From Felis catus (lineage: Eukaryota), in the NCBI RefSeq assembly GCF_018350175.1, contig NC_058370.1, positions 100,812,001 to 100,876,000 on the forward strand: DNA of 64,000 bases. Reading direction: 5' to 3'. Each line of letters begins with the position of its first letter. Position 1 is the first letter of the stretch. A model generated the notes under the pieces. The model saw only the letters and a list, made by a program, of their open reading frames with translations. It was not told where the DNA came from and did no database searches. Both the position numbers and the translations under genes were made by a program. This document shows, in pieces, positions 63,998 through 64,000 of this stretch.

Positions 63998-64000
63998 GTG

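Noticed and set aside
1-64000. CRISPR arrays, operons or prokaryote-type systems
   Set aside because: The DNA is mammalian; repeated units are dispersed SINEs and microsatellites with no repeat-spacer periodicity.

Overview
Mammalian genomic DNA, almost certainly from a felid, judged by the many tRNA-derived Can-SINEs of the young feline SINEC_Fc type and a feline-type L1. Bases 1-41.6 kb are intergenic and dense in repeats: about 18 Can-SINEs, L1, L2 and MIR fragments, ERVL/MaLR LTRs and DNA-transposon relics. From about 41.7 kb a CpG-island promoter leads into the 5' part of KDM3A (JMJD1A, H3K9me1/2 demethylase) on the + strand. Non-coding exon 1 and coding exons 2, 3 and 5-10 are readable, with canonical AG/GT sites and consistent phases. 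Exon 4 is hidden in the N-run at 51115-51246, and the gene continues past the window end. I found no support for a wholly new biological system. The best oddities are retrotransposition or recombination scars: (1) a SINE-spacer-SINE composite inside a single target-site duplication (TSD); (2) an 827-bp unique, poly(A)-signal-bearing insert with a TSD inside an old L1; (3) N-runs whose lengths match the missing sequence exactly, so they look like masking rather than true gaps; (4) a separate YY1/NRF1/HRE module about 650 bp upstream of exon 1. Repeat family names and human KDM3A comparisons come from recall, not database searches.
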